A DNA stretch of 64,000 nucleotides. It comes from an uncultured Acidobacteriota bacterium (GTDB taxonomy: Bacteria; Actinomycetota; Acidimicrobiia; Spongiisociales; ZC4RG35). The notes under the pieces were generated by a model that was given only the letters and a program-made list of their open reading frames with translations, did no database searches and was not told the origin of the DNA. Shown one piece after another: positions 41,603 through 54,208 of this stretch. Location of the stretch: the NCBI GenBank assembly GCA_963828465.1, contig CAWHEU010000013.1:1-64000 (forward strand). The letters are read 5' to 3'. The position numbers and the translations under genes were made by a program. Within the stretch, counting starts at the first letter, position 1. Each line of letters begins with the position of its first letter.

Positions 41603-42648
41603 GGGCTCTCGTCGCCATGTCGGGTGGCGTGGACTCATCGGTAGCAGCGGCGCTGGTGCGAGAAGCGGGTCACGACGTCGTGGGGGTCACCCTCAAGCTG
41701 TGGTCGGGGCCGAACGGGGAGGCTCCGACGGCGGGGTGCTGCACCGTGTCCGACGCCGAAGACGCCCGACGGGTGGCGGCGCAGCTCGACATCCCTTATT
41801 ACGTGCTGGACTACACCGACGAGTTCCGTGATGGTGTGGTCAGCCGCTTCGTCCGGGACTACGGCTCGGGGCGCACGCCCAATCCGTGCATCGAGTGCAA
41901 CCGGACAGTCAAGTTCGACCGGCTCCTCAACGGTCTTGCCGATTTCGATTCCGAGGTGCTGGTCACGGGCCACCACGCCCGCAATCGCCATTTCGACGGC
42001 TCATGGCGGCTTCATCGGGGAGAGGACCGCGCCAAGGACCAGTCGTACGTGCTCTCCATGCTGACCCAGGCCGAACTGTCGAGGATCAGGCTGCCCGTAG
42101 GCGAGTTGACCAAGACCGAAGTCAGGTCGATCGCGGCTGAGATGGGGCTGCGCACCGCCCACAAGCCGGAGTCGATGGACATCTGCTTCGTCGGTCAACG
42201 CGACTACCGGGGCTTCCTCCGCGATGCCGCGCCTGAGGTCTTCGAGCCGGGGCCGCTGGTGGCGAGCGACGGCACCGACCTGGGTAGTCATGACGGGATC
42301 GTGGGATTCACCGTCGGTCAGCGTCGTGGCCTCGGAGTCGCGCTTGGAGAGCCAAGGTTCGTGGTGCGAATCGACCCCGCCTCCTCGACTGTCGTTCTCG
42401 GCCGTCGCGACGAACTGGCGGTTGCCGGTGTCGGGCTCAGACAGCTCACCTGGACCGAAGGAGCACGCTTCTCGGGCCAGGTGATGGCTCAGTACCGGGC
42501 CCATGGCGAGCCCGTCCCCGCGACTTTGCATGACGATCGGCTTCTCTTCGCCGAGCCTCAGGAGGCCGTGGCGCCGGGTCAGACGGTGGCGTTCTACGAC
42601 GGAGATCGCGTGCTGGGTGGTGGGCTGATCACCGAGACTTTCGTGTGA
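41599..42648 (+). CDS. mnmA: tRNA 2-thiouridylase
   Basis: AMSGGVDSS, TPNPCIECN, KDQSY, FTVGQRRG, PGQ. Confidence 0.97.
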   Translation: MRALVAMSGGVDSSVAAALVREAGHDVVGVTLKLWSGPNGEAPTAGCCTVSDAEDARRVAAQLDIPYYVLDYTDEFRDGVVSRFVRDYGSGRTPNPCIECNRTVKFDRLLNGLADFDSEVLVTGHHARNRHFDGSWRLHRGEDRAKDQSYVLSMLTQAELSRIRLPVGELTKTEVRSIAAEMGLRTAHKPESMDICFVGQRDYRGFLRDAAPEVFEPGPLVASDGTDLGSHDGIVGFTVGQRRGLGVALGEPRFVVRIDPASSTVVLGRRDELAVAGVGLRQLTWTEGARFSGQVMAQYRAHGEPVPATLHDDRLLFAEPQEAVAPGQTVAFYDGDRVLGGGLITETFV

Positions 42649-45122
<2,474 letters not shown>

Positions 45123-45149
45123 GGTGTGATCGTATTGCTGCAGGGCAAG

Positions 45150-45202
45150 TGGTGTCGATCTGGTGTCTTGACAGACACCACAAATGGTGTCATAGTGGTG
45201 TC
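45150..45202 (+). promoter_or_regulatory. Promoter overlapped by five TGGTGTC operator boxes
   Basis: TGGTGTC at 45150, 45161, 45185, 45196; inverted GACACCA at 45174; TTGACA-17nt-CATAGT; ATG six nt later. Confidence 0.8.
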
Positions 45203-45712
45203 ATGAACTTGATACCACACGTCGAGACCCTTCGTCGGGAGCTCTTGATCGCCGCAGAGGCCGGCGGTGACGAGGCACGCTCCCTGGCCGAGCGTCTCAT
45301 CACACCACTCGACTCGGCCACCCGGCTCGTCCTCTTGGATGCCCTGTCCGACGCCGCAAGCGAGATCACCAGTGAGCTCGCTCCCGGGTCGGTCGAAGTG
45401 CGTCTACGCGGCCGCGAGCCCGAGTTCGTAGTGACGCCGCCTCCCGCCGAGCAGTCGTTCGAGGACGTCGGCTCAGGCAGCATCGAGACTGTCACCGCCT
45501 ATTCAGGCGAGATCGATGAGAGCGGGGCATCGCGCACCACCCTTCGCCTGCCGGATCACGTCAAGGCCAAGGTCGACGAGGCGGCCGGCCGGGAGGGCCT
45601 CTCGGTCAATGCCTGGCTGGTGCGAGCGGTAGTCGCTGCCCTGGAGCCGGGTGCTCGTGTCCGCGGTCGCAGCCCGTCGATGGGGCAGCAGTACACCGGT
45701 TGGGTGCAGTAG
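45203..45712 (+). CDS. HicB-like ribbon-helix-helix regulator
   Basis: GSVEVRLRGREPEFVV; RTTLRLPDHVKAKVDEAAGREGLSVNAWLVRAV. Confidence 0.82.
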   Translation: MNLIPHVETLRRELLIAAEAGGDEARSLAERLITPLDSATRLVLLDALSDAASEITSELAPGSVEVRLRGREPEFVVTPPPAEQSFEDVGSGSIETVTAYSGEIDESGASRTTLRLPDHVKAKVDEAAGREGLSVNAWLVRAVVAALEPGARVRGRSPSMGQQYTGWVQ

Positions 45713-45714
45713 CC

Positions 45715-46569
45715 ATGTCGGTTTTCGAAACACCCCAGCCAATCTCCGCGACGCTCGATTTGAGCGTGGCCGACGTCAGGATCATCGCCGGCGACCGCGC
45801 CGACACCGTTGTCGAGGTGCGCCCTGCAATCCAGACCAGGAGCGCTGACATCAAGGCTGCCGAGCAGACCCGTGTCGAGTACTCCAATGGCCGTTTGTCG
45901 GTCAAGATGGCGAAGGACTGGACCAGGTTCACGCCCTTTGGCGGTGTGGCTTCAGTCGACATCACCATCGAGCTGCCTACCGGCTCCTCGATTCACAGTG
46001 AATCCGAGATGGGGTCCTACGACGTCGAGGGCCGGCTCGAGGAATGCAGTTTCCGGACTGGCGCAGGCAGCGTTCGTGTCGATCGGACCGGTCCCCTCAG
46101 CGTCAGCACGGGGATTGGCGAGATCATCGCCGATCGAGTTGCCGGTGACGCCGACTTCAAGACCGGGTCGGGCCAGGTTCGCGTCGGCTCCGTCGACGGG
46201 GCGACAGTCGTCAAGAGCGGGAACGGCGACACCAGGATCGGCGAGGTCGGCGGCGACCTGCGGGTCAAGACAGCCAACGGCGAGATCGTCATCGGCCAGG
46301 CTCGAGCGGGGGTTGTTGCCAAGTCTGCCAATGGCAGGATCCGGATCGGCGATGTCGTGAGCGGGGCGGTCGTGATGGAGACGGCAGCCGGAGAGATCGA
46401 GGTCGGCATCCACGACGGCACTGCCGCGTTCCTGGACGTGAAGACGCACTACGGGAACGTTCGCAGCTCGTTGCAGGCGTCCGCCGGCTCTGAGCCATCG
46501 GGCTCGACTGTCGAAGTCCGCGCCCGCACTTCCTATGGAGACATTCTGATCAATCGGGCGCCCGCCTAG
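45715..46569 (+). CDS. DUF4097 beta-strand-repeat protein
   Basis: FETPQPI start; repeated KTGSG/KSGNG/KTANG/KSANG units. Confidence 0.85.
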   Translation: MSVFETPQPISATLDLSVADVRIIAGDRADTVVEVRPAIQTRSADIKAAEQTRVEYSNGRLSVKMAKDWTRFTPFGGVASVDITIELPTGSSIHSESEMGSYDVEGRLEECSFRTGAGSVRVDRTGPLSVSTGIGEIIADRVAGDADFKTGSGQVRVGSVDGATVVKSGNGDTRIGEVGGDLRVKTANGEIVIGQARAGVVAKSANGRIRIGDVVSGAVVMETAAGEIEVGIHDGTAAFLDVKTHYGNVRSSLQASAGSEPSGSTVEVRARTSYGDILINRAPA

Positions 46570-46600
46570 TCACGCAATTCAGAGAAAGGAGCATCTAACC

Positions 46601-47551
46601 ATGAACGAAGCAAATGCAATCGAGGTGAAGCACCTCGAGAAGGGATACAAGGACGTACCGGTGCTTCACGACGTCTCGTTCGAAGTGAGACGGGGGAGCG
46701 TATTCGCCCTCCTCGGAGCGAACGGGTCGGGCAAGACGACCACGATCAACGTCCTGAACACGTTGATCAAGGCCGACGGGGGCAACGCGACCGTCGGCGG
46801 GTTCGACGTCGCGACCCAACCCGACAGGGTCCGGGAGGTGATCAGTGTCACCGGCCAGTCGGCAGCCGTCGACTACATGCTCACCGCTCGGGAAAACCTG
46901 GTGCTGATGGGAGAGTTGCGCCACATCGCGGATCCCCAAGGGGTTGCCTCTTCCTTGCTCGACAAGTTCGACCTCATGGAGGCGGCGGACCGTCGTCTGC
47001 TCACCTTCTCCGGTGGGATGGGGCGCCGGCTGGACATCGCCATGAGTCTCGTGGGCGAGGCGCCCATCATCTTCTTCGACGAGCCGACGACCGGGCTCGA
47101 CCCGCAGAGTCGGAACGACATGTGGCTGACCATCCGGGACCTGGCCGGGAAGGGGATCACCATCTTCCTCACCACCCAGTACCTGGAAGAGGCCGACCGT
47201 CTCGCCGACCAGATCGCCATCCTGCACGGAGGCCGAGTCGTGGCCGACGGGACTCCGGAAGAGTTGAAGGCGATGGTGCCGGCCGGGCTGGTCGAACTGG
47301 ATTTCATCGACGAAGCGGATCTGGCGGCGGCTCGGAGAGCACTGGGCGATGGGTATGAGCTGAGCCAGGTGGATTCGAAGCTGATTGTCGCCAGCAATGG
47401 CTCGGTGGCCGAAATGGCCGACATGTTCATCAGGCTCAACAACGCCGGTCTGGAGCCAACCGGATTCAATGCGAAGGCACCGACTCTCGACGACGTGTTT
47501 TTCAAGATCCTCGGAGAAGACAAGGAAGAAGCTCATGCGAACTCTCACTGA
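46601..47551 (+). CDS. ABC-2 exporter ATP-binding protein (DrrA-like)
   Basis: GANGSGKT, FSGGMGRR, FFDEPTTGLDP, LTTQYLEEAD. Confidence 0.93.
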   Translation: MNEANAIEVKHLEKGYKDVPVLHDVSFEVRRGSVFALLGANGSGKTTTINVLNTLIKADGGNATVGGFDVATQPDRVREVISVTGQSAAVDYMLTARENLVLMGELRHIADPQGVASSLLDKFDLMEAADRRLLTFSGGMGRRLDIAMSLVGEAPIIFFDEPTTGLDPQSRNDMWLTIRDLAGKGITIFLTTQYLEEADRLADQIAILHGGRVVADGTPEELKAMVPAGLVELDFIDEADLAAARRALGDGYELSQVDSKLIVASNGSVAEMADMFIRLNNAGLEPTGFNAKAPTLDDVFFKILGEDKEEAHANSH

Positions 47552-48308
47552 CACCTGGACCATGGCCAAGCGGAGCCTCCGCCATACCACTCGCAGCATG
47601 GACACGATCATCACCGTCGTCCTGACGCCGATCGCCCTGATGCTGCTGTTCGTGTATGTGTTCGGCGGCGCCCTCGGGCCGCAGACCTCGGTGGGCTATG
47701 TCGACTTCCTGACCCCGGGCGTCGTCGTTATGACGGTGATCAGCGGAATCGCCTACGCCGCCTTCCGTCTCAGCATGGATATGCAGAAGGGGATCATCAG
47801 CCGTTTCCGGACCATGCCGGTGAGACCTTCGTCGGTGTTGAGCGGTCAGGCGATGTCGTCGACGGTTTCCAACCTGCTCTCCTGCGTCCTCGTGCTCGTG
47901 GTGGCATTTATCATCGGATTTCGCCCGGTTGCCTCCCTTGGCGCCTGGTCGTTGTTCGCCGGCTTCCTGATCCTGTTCATACTGGCCACCACCTGGCTGG
48001 CCATGTTCTTCGGCCTGATCGCCAAGACGGTCGAAGGCGCCGGCGCGTTCAGCTACATCCTGATCCTGCTGATCTTCATCAGCCCGTCGTTCGTGCCGAC
48101 CGCCTCGATGGCCCCGTGGCTGAGAAGCTTCGCCGAGAATCAGCCTCTGACCCCGATAGTCGAGACGATTCGCTCACTCCTTATCGAGGGAACACCCGGT
48201 TCTCGAATTTGGGAGGCACTGGCCTGGGCGACAGGGATCCTCGTGGTCTCCTACACCCTGGCGCTGGTCGCCTATCGCCGGAGCGAGCCGATTCCGGCCC
48301 CGCAGTAA
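47535..48308 (+). CDS. ABC-2 exporter permease (DrrB-like)
   Basis: About 6 TM; LLFVYVFGG, RFRTMP, FAENQP. Confidence 0.9.
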   Translation: MRTLTDTWTMAKRSLRHTTRSMDTIITVVLTPIALMLLFVYVFGGALGPQTSVGYVDFLTPGVVVMTVISGIAYAAFRLSMDMQKGIISRFRTMPVRPSSVLSGQAMSSTVSNLLSCVLVLVVAFIIGFRPVASLGAWSLFAGFLILFILATTWLAMFFGLIAKTVEGAGAFSYILILLIFISPSFVPTASMAPWLRSFAENQPLTPIVETIRSLLIEGTPGSRIWEALAWATGILVVSYTLALVAYRRSEPIPAPQ

Positions 48309-48336
48309 AAGCGTGTGCAGAACCTCGTCATGAGAC

Positions 48337-48726
48337 TCACCCGACCCGGAAGGTCCATTCGTACTCTCCCGGGTCGGGCAGGCCGCTGATCGTGTCCCAC
48401 ACGACCCGCACGGTGTGCTCGCCGGGGACCCATTCGGTGATGGTTGGGTTCTGGGGCGACGGCGACCACCGGTAGACCCCCGTGCCCTCGACGAAGACAA
48501 CATCGGTGACCAGCCAGTCGTCGATGTAGATGTCTGCCCGGTAGGCAACAGGCAGATCGACCTCGACGCTTGTTTGCGGGGGGACCAGATCGCCCGGGTT
48601 GGGAGAGAGAGCCTCGATCTCCTCGGGCAACACCAGCTCGTCGCCGCTCCTGTTGAGGGCGATCCCGAATGCGATGGCCGCCACGGCGAGCAAGCCGAGC
48701 CCGATGTAGAGAAGTCGATAGGGCAT
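48337..48726 (-). CDS. Hypothetical membrane-anchored beta-rich protein
   Basis: N-terminal TM, PGEHTVRVVW, YEWTFRV. Confidence 0.7.
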   Translation of the reverse strand: MPYRLLYIGLGLLAVAAIAFGIALNRSGDELVLPEEIEALSPNPGDLVPPQTSVEVDLPVAYRADIYIDDWLVTDVVFVEGTGVYRWSPSPQNPTITEWVPGEHTVRVVWDTISGLPDPGEYEWTFRVG

Positions 48727-48789
48727 CGGCTCGACCGTAGCGGTGGGCGGAGGCAATTACCCTGCCGCCAGACCGACCCAGGGAGCCCA

Positions 48790-49596
48790 TTGCCCGACCG
48801 AGACACCATACGTGCCGCCTTCTCCGGCGAGGTCGACGCCGAGACCGCCCGCGAAGAGGTGGAGAGGACGATCGCCGGCCTGGACCGGGGTGAGTTGAGG
48901 GTTGCGGAGAAGGTCGACGGGGATTGGATCGTCAACGAGTGGGTCAAGGAGGCGATCCTCCTCTACTTCCGTCTTCGGGAGATGGACACCTTCGAGGTCG
49001 GGCCGTATGAGTACCACGACAAGATCCCGTTGAAGACCGGCCTGGCCGCCCAAGGGATCCGGGTGGTGCCGCCGGGGACGGTGCGCTACGGGGCTTTTTG
49101 CGAGCCGGGGGTGATCGTGATGCCGGGCTTCGTCAACATCGGTGCCTACGTGGGCTCAGGCACGATGGTGGACACGTGGGCCACCGTGGGCTCCTGCGCC
49201 CAGATCGGACGGGACGTCCACCTCTCCGGTGGCGTCGGGATCGGCGGTGTTCTGGAGCCACCGGGTGCCCGCCCGGTGATCGTCGAGGACGGCGCCTTCG
49301 TTGGCAGCCGATCGATCGTCGTCGAAGGGACGATCGTCGGCGAGAAGGCCGTTTTGGGCGCCAACACCGTGCTGACTGCGTCTACGCCCATCATCGACGT
49401 GACCGGCCCCGAGCCAGTGGAATTTCGTGGGCGGGTCCCGGCCGGGGCGGTCGTCGTCCCCGGCACCAGGCCCAAGGAGTTTCCCAGCGGCACCTACGAC
49501 CTCACTTGTGCCCTGATCATCGGCAAGCGGACGGCGGCCACCGACGAGAAGACCGCCCTCAACGACTTCCTCCGCGAGCTGGACGTCCAGCTTTGA
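48790..49596 (+). CDS. dapD: Tetrahydrodipicolinate N-succinyltransferase
   Basis: VNEWVKEAILLYF, VNIGAYV, VDTWATVGSCAQIG, HLSGGVGIGGVLEP; start uncertain (TTG 48790). Confidence 0.95.
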   Translation: MPDRDTIRAAFSGEVDAETAREEVERTIAGLDRGELRVAEKVDGDWIVNEWVKEAILLYFRLREMDTFEVGPYEYHDKIPLKTGLAAQGIRVVPPGTVRYGAFCEPGVIVMPGFVNIGAYVGSGTMVDTWATVGSCAQIGRDVHLSGGVGIGGVLEPPGARPVIVEDGAFVGSRSIVVEGTIVGEKAVLGANTVLTASTPIIDVTGPEPVEFRGRVPAGAVVVPGTRPKEFPSGTYDLTCALIIGKRTAATDEKTALNDFLRELDVQL

Positions 49597-50615
49597 CCGA
49601 TCTGGTCGAGACGGCCACCTGGCTGGTCGACATCCCTTCAGTCACCGGCGATGAGGCCGGTCTTCGTGACGCAATTGCCGAGCGACTCGAACAGATGCCA
49701 CAACAGTTGATCGCCGATTCTCTGGTGGTCGGACAGCCGGCCGACGGGGCTGTGTTGCTGGTCGGGCATCTAGATACGGTGCCGCTTCAAGGCGAGGGCG
49801 GGGCGACGCTCGAAGGAGATCGGCTCCATGGGCTCGGAGCGACAGACATGAAGGGCGGGCTCGCAGTGATGATCCATCTAATCGAGGCCCTCGGCCCGGG
49901 AAAGGTGACCTGCGTCTTCTACGCCGGGGAGGAAGGGCCCCTGCCCGGCAATCAGCTGAGTCGTGTCCTGGACGAAGCGGCGTGGCTGACGAAATCGTCG
50001 GCAGCCGTGGTGCTGGAGCCGACCGATCGGGCGATCGAAGCGGGGTGTCAGGGCGTGATCAATGCCGATGTCGTCTTCACCGGCCGGCCGGCGCACTCGG
50101 CCCGGCCCTGGCTGGGGGAGAACGCCATCACCAAGTCGGGCGAATTCCTCGCCTTCCTCGGGGCACTGGAACCCGAGCCGCATGTCGTGAATGGCCTCGA
50201 GTTCCTCGAGGTGATGTCCGTGACCGCCGCGCATGGTGGTGTGGCCCGGAATGTCATCCCCGGGGAGTTCGTGCTGAACATCAACTACAGGTTCGCCCCG
50301 GATCGGTCCCATGACGCGGCGGTGGCCCGTCTTCACGAGGTGTGTGCCCCCGCCGACCGGGTCGAAGTGACCGACCTCGCTCCGGCAGGGTCGGTCGACA
50401 CCGATCACCCGCTGTTCCAGGCGCTGATCGAGAACACAGGGTCGCCTTTGCGGGCAAAGCAAGGCTGGACGGATGTGGCACAGCTGTCCTCTGCAGGTCT
50501 CCCGGCCGTGAATTTCGGTCCGGGCGAACCGTCTCTCGCCCACGAGCCGGGTGAGTCTGTTCGTGTCTCTGACCTGGATTGGGCCTACGAGTCGCTGCTC
50601 GACCTGCTTCGCTGA
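49593..50615 (+). CDS. dapE: Succinyl-diaminopimelate desuccinylase
   Basis: GHLDTVP, GATDMKGG, EE, AHSARPW, GWTDVA; coupled to dapD. Confidence 0.92.
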   Translation: MTDLVETATWLVDIPSVTGDEAGLRDAIAERLEQMPQQLIADSLVVGQPADGAVLLVGHLDTVPLQGEGGATLEGDRLHGLGATDMKGGLAVMIHLIEALGPGKVTCVFYAGEEGPLPGNQLSRVLDEAAWLTKSSAAVVLEPTDRAIEAGCQGVINADVVFTGRPAHSARPWLGENAITKSGEFLAFLGALEPEPHVVNGLEFLEVMSVTAAHGGVARNVIPGEFVLNINYRFAPDRSHDAAVARLHEVCAPADRVEVTDLAPAGSVDTDHPLFQALIENTGSPLRAKQGWTDVAQLSSAGLPAVNFGPGEPSLAHEPGESVRVSDLDWAYESLLDLLR

Positions 50616-50926
50616 CGTCCGAGAAGCACCCAGACCGCCCAGACGATCAGTGCCGCCCAGACCAGAGCGGGACGAGCGAGGACCAGCACCAGCCCAAGGC
50701 CGGCGACCATGAGCGTGGATAGCGACGGCTTCCGGATGTTGGGCAGCACCAGAGCCACGGCTCCCAGGACCGCCCCGACCCTGATCAAGAGCCCGCCCAG
50801 GTTGGTGCCACGGCCCTGGTCGTCGAACAGGAGCATCGCCAGACCCATGCCAATCACCACCAGCCCGACAGCACCGATCACGACGGCGGTGCTCCTGAGC
50901 TGGTTCTTCTGGGCCACGCCATCCAT
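50585..50926 (-). CDS. Hypothetical membrane protein
   Basis: Hydrophobic ORF from ATG 50926. Confidence 0.6.
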   Translation of the reverse strand: MDGVAQKNQLRSTAVVIGAVGLVVIGMGLAMLLFDDQGRGTNLGGLLIRVGAVLGAVALVLPNIRKPSLSTLMVAGLGLVLVLARPALVWAALIVWAVWVLLGRQRSRSSSDS

Positions 50927-50985
50927 TGTGGCGCGCGCAAAACGGGTGGTCGGCGGCTCGACGGCGACTCTTAGACTCCGACCCG

Positions 50986-51276
50986 ATGCCGATCGAGATC
51001 GATATTGCCCATGTTGCGCGTCTGGCCCGTCTCGGGTTGACCAACGAAGAGCTCGAGTCGTACAAGGCCCAGCTCGGAGTGATCCTGGAACACGCCGCCA
51101 GGGTCCAGTCCCTGGAGGTCGAGCCGAACGTCGAGGCGGCCCATCCTCTGGGCCTGACCAACGCGTTCCGCGACGACGAATTGCGACCGTCACTCGACCG
51201 GGATGAGGTGCTGGGCCAGGCTCCGGAAGCCACCGATGGGCATTTCGTCGTGCCTCCGGCGATGGGGACGGAATGA
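50986..51276 (+). CDS. gatC: Asp/Glu-tRNA amidotransferase subunit C
   Basis: [20 protein letters not shown]. Confidence 0.95.
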   Translation: MPIEIDIAHVARLARLGLTNEELESYKAQLGVILEHAARVQSLEVEPNVEAAHPLGLTNAFRDDELRPSLDRDEVLGQAPEATDGHFVVPPAMGTE

Positions 51277-52736
51277 TCTCCGCCAGCGTTTCCGAAGCCG
51301 GTCGCCTGCTGCGCTCGGATGAGACATCGGCTCAGGCCTTGCTCGAGGACGCGATCGACACCGCCTCCCGGACCGAGGCGCAGCTGCACGCGTTTCTGAC
51401 CATTGACAGCGACGGGGCGAGAGAGGCGGCCAGGCAGGCCGACGCCGATCTGGCCGACGGGATCGATCGCGGCCCTCTCCACGGCATCCCTGTTGCCCTC
51501 AAGGACAACATGTGCACTCGGGGAGTCGAGACAACGGCGGCCTCACAGATCCTCGCCGGTTACGTCCCTCCCTACGACGCGACCGTGGTCACCAGGTTGC
51601 GCAGCGGCGGAGCGGTGATCGTGGGCAAGACGAACCTCGACGAGTTCGCCATGGGATCTTCCACCGAGAACTCAGCGTATGGGACCACGTACAACCCCTG
51701 GGACCTGAGCCGGGTCCCCGGCGGATCCTCGGGCGGCTCGGCGGCCTCCGTGGCGGCCGGTTCATCGCTCCTCGCCTTCGGCTCCGACACGGGAGGCTCC
51801 ATACGCCAACCAGCCTCTTTGTGCGGTGTGGTCGGGATGAAGCCGACTTACGGCACGGTGAGCCGGTACGGGCTGATCGCCTTCGCCTCGTCGCTGGATC
51901 AAATCGGCCCATTTGCCAGGACGGTCGAAGACTCGGCTCTCGCCCTTTCCTCCATCTGGGGCTACGACCCGCTGGACTCCACGTCGTACGGGGGTGAGTA
52001 CCCGAATCCGATGGCCGGCCTCGATCGAGGGGTGGAGGGGCTACGCATCGGCGTCGTCACGGAGCTATCGGGAGAGGGCTTCGAGCCCGCAGTCGAGGCG
52101 GCGACGACCGACATGGTGGCGAGACTGGAGAAGGCGGGAGTCGAAGTGATCGAGGTTTCGCTGCCCACCTTCGACATCGCTCTGTCCGCCTATTACTTGA
52201 TCGCCCCGGCCGAGGCCTCCTCGAATTTGGCTCGCTTCGACGGCATCCGATATGGGCTCAGAGTCGACGGCGCCACCACCGAGGAGCTGATGGCGAGGAC
52301 GAGAGCGGAGGGTTTCGGGCCTGAGGTGATCCGCCGGGTCCTCCTTGGCACCTACTCGCTGTCCGCTGGGTACTACGACGCCTTCTACGGCCAGGCGCAG
52401 CGGGTGCGTGCTGCCATCCAGCAGGATTTCGCCCGTGCCTACGAGCAGGTAGACGTGTTGGTCTCGCCGACCAGCCCCACCGTTGCGTTCGAGGCCGGTG
52501 CCCGGACTTCCGACCCGCTCGCCATGTACCTGTCAGACATCTGCAACATCCCCGCCAACCTGGCCGGCCATCCCGCCATCTCCGTGCCGGTCGGCCTCGA
52601 CGACGCGGGTCTGCCCATCGGGTTCCAGGTGATGGCCCCCGCTCTTGGAGAGGAGACCATGTACCAGGTCGCGGCCGAAGTGGAGCGTCTCGCCGGCTTC
52701 GAGATCTCACCTAGCGTCTTGAAGGGCGCGGCGTGA
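51273..52736 (+). CDS. gatA: Asp/Glu-tRNA amidotransferase subunit A
   Basis: [36 protein letters not shown]. Confidence 0.97.
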   Translation: MISASVSEAGRLLRSDETSAQALLEDAIDTASRTEAQLHAFLTIDSDGAREAARQADADLADGIDRGPLHGIPVALKDNMCTRGVETTAASQILAGYVPPYDATVVTRLRSGGAVIVGKTNLDEFAMGSSTENSAYGTTYNPWDLSRVPGGSSGGSAASVAAGSSLLAFGSDTGGSIRQPASLCGVVGMKPTYGTVSRYGLIAFASSLDQIGPFARTVEDSALALSSIWGYDPLDSTSYGGEYPNPMAGLDRGVEGLRIGVVTELSGEGFEPAVEAATTDMVARLEKAGVEVIEVSLPTFDIALSAYYLIAPAEASSNLARFDGIRYGLRVDGATTEELMARTRAEGFGPEVIRRVLLGTYSLSAGYYDAFYGQAQRVRAAIQQDFARAYEQVDVLVSPTSPTVAFEAGARTSDPLAMYLSDICNIPANLAGHPAISVPVGLDDAGLPIGFQVMAPALGEETMYQVAAEVERLAGFEISPSVLKGAA

Positions 52737-54182
52737 GCTGGGAGCCGGTCATCGGGATCGAAGTCCACGTCGAGCTGATGACTGACTCGAAGATGTTCTG
52801 CGGTTGTGCCGTCGCTTTCGGTGGTGAGCCCAACACGAGGGTCTGTCCCACATGTCTTGGCCTCCCCGGCGCTCTCCCGGTGACGAATCGGGCGGCTATC
52901 GAGTCGATCATGGCCATCGGGCTCGCCCTCGATTGCCAGGTCTCGGATCGCTCGGTGTTCCACCGGAAGAACTACTTCTACGCCGACCTTCCCAAGAACT
53001 ATCAAGTCTCCCAATTCGATGTCCCGGTCTGCCACGACGGGCATCTCGACATCGAGGTCGACGGCGAGACACACCGGATCGGCATCGAGCGCGCCCATAT
53101 GGAGGAAGACACGGGTAAGTCCACTCATCTCGGCGCCGGTGGTCGCATCCACGCCGCAGAGGGGACGCTTCTCGATTTCAACCGGTCGGGCGTGCCTCTG
53201 GTCGAGGTCGTGTCCAGACCGGACTTGCGCAGCGCCACCGAATCCCGGGTCTACGCACAGGAGCTGCGGTCGATCGTTGCCGAGCTGGGGGTCTCCGACG
53301 CCAGATTGGAGGAGGGCTCGATCAGGTTCGACGCCAACGTCTCGATTCGGCCAGCAGGGCCAGGATGAATACGGCACCAAGGTCGAGATCAAGAACATGA
53401 ACTCGTTTCGCTCGCTGGAAAGGGCAATCGCATTCGAGATCGAGCGGCAGATCGGAGTAGTCGAGTCGGGTGGTGAGGTGATCCAGGAGACCCGTCACTG
53501 GGATGAGGAGACCGGGGTCACCCATTCCATGCGGGTCAAGGAGGGCTCCTCGGACTATCGCTACTTCACTGAGCCCGACCTCGTTCCCATGGTCATGACC
53601 CCGGAGTGGGTCGCCGGCATCGAAGAGCGACTCCCCGAACTGCCCGGTAGCCGCAGGGCCCGATACGCGGCACAGGGCGTGGCCGAGGGCACCGCGGGCG
53701 TTCTCTCGGCCCTCGACGCCGATCTGCGACGGCTCTACGACGAAGCGGTGCTGTCAGGAGCACCGGCTCGGTCGGCGGCCAAGTGGATCACGGGTGAAGT
53801 CGTGGCCTGGCTGCGCAAATCCGAGATCGAAGCGCGGGACGCCGCCCTCGACGGGCCCGGCCTCGCCGAATTGATCGAGATGGTGGACGACGGGTCCGTG
53901 TCGAGCTCAGCCGCCAAGGACGTACTCGATGGCGTCCTCTCGGGTGAAGGTCGCCCGAGGGAGGTTGCCGACACGAGAGATCTGCTCCAGGTGAGCGATT
54001 CCGGGACGCTGGAGGCCGCAGTCGCCGAGGTGCTGGCGGCCAACCCCCGCGCCATCGATGAGTTCCGCGCGGGCGAAGAGAAAGTGGTGGGGTTCCTGGT
54101 AGGCCAGGTCATGAAGGCCACGGAGGGCAGGGCGGATCCGCGGCTTGTCAACCAGCTCATCAGGGAGAGGATGTCGGGCTGA
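52733..54182 (+). CDS. gatB: Asp/Glu-tRNA amidotransferase subunit B; +1 frameshift near 53358
   Basis: [28 protein letters not shown] then [19 protein letters not shown] in the next frame. Confidence 0.95.
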
Positions 54183-54208
54183 CCGGCGACGGTTAGCGTC
54201 GGTCTCAC

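Noticed and set aside
45203-45712. HicAB toxin-antitoxin system
   Set aside because: No HicA-like ORF on either side; context is a transporter operon
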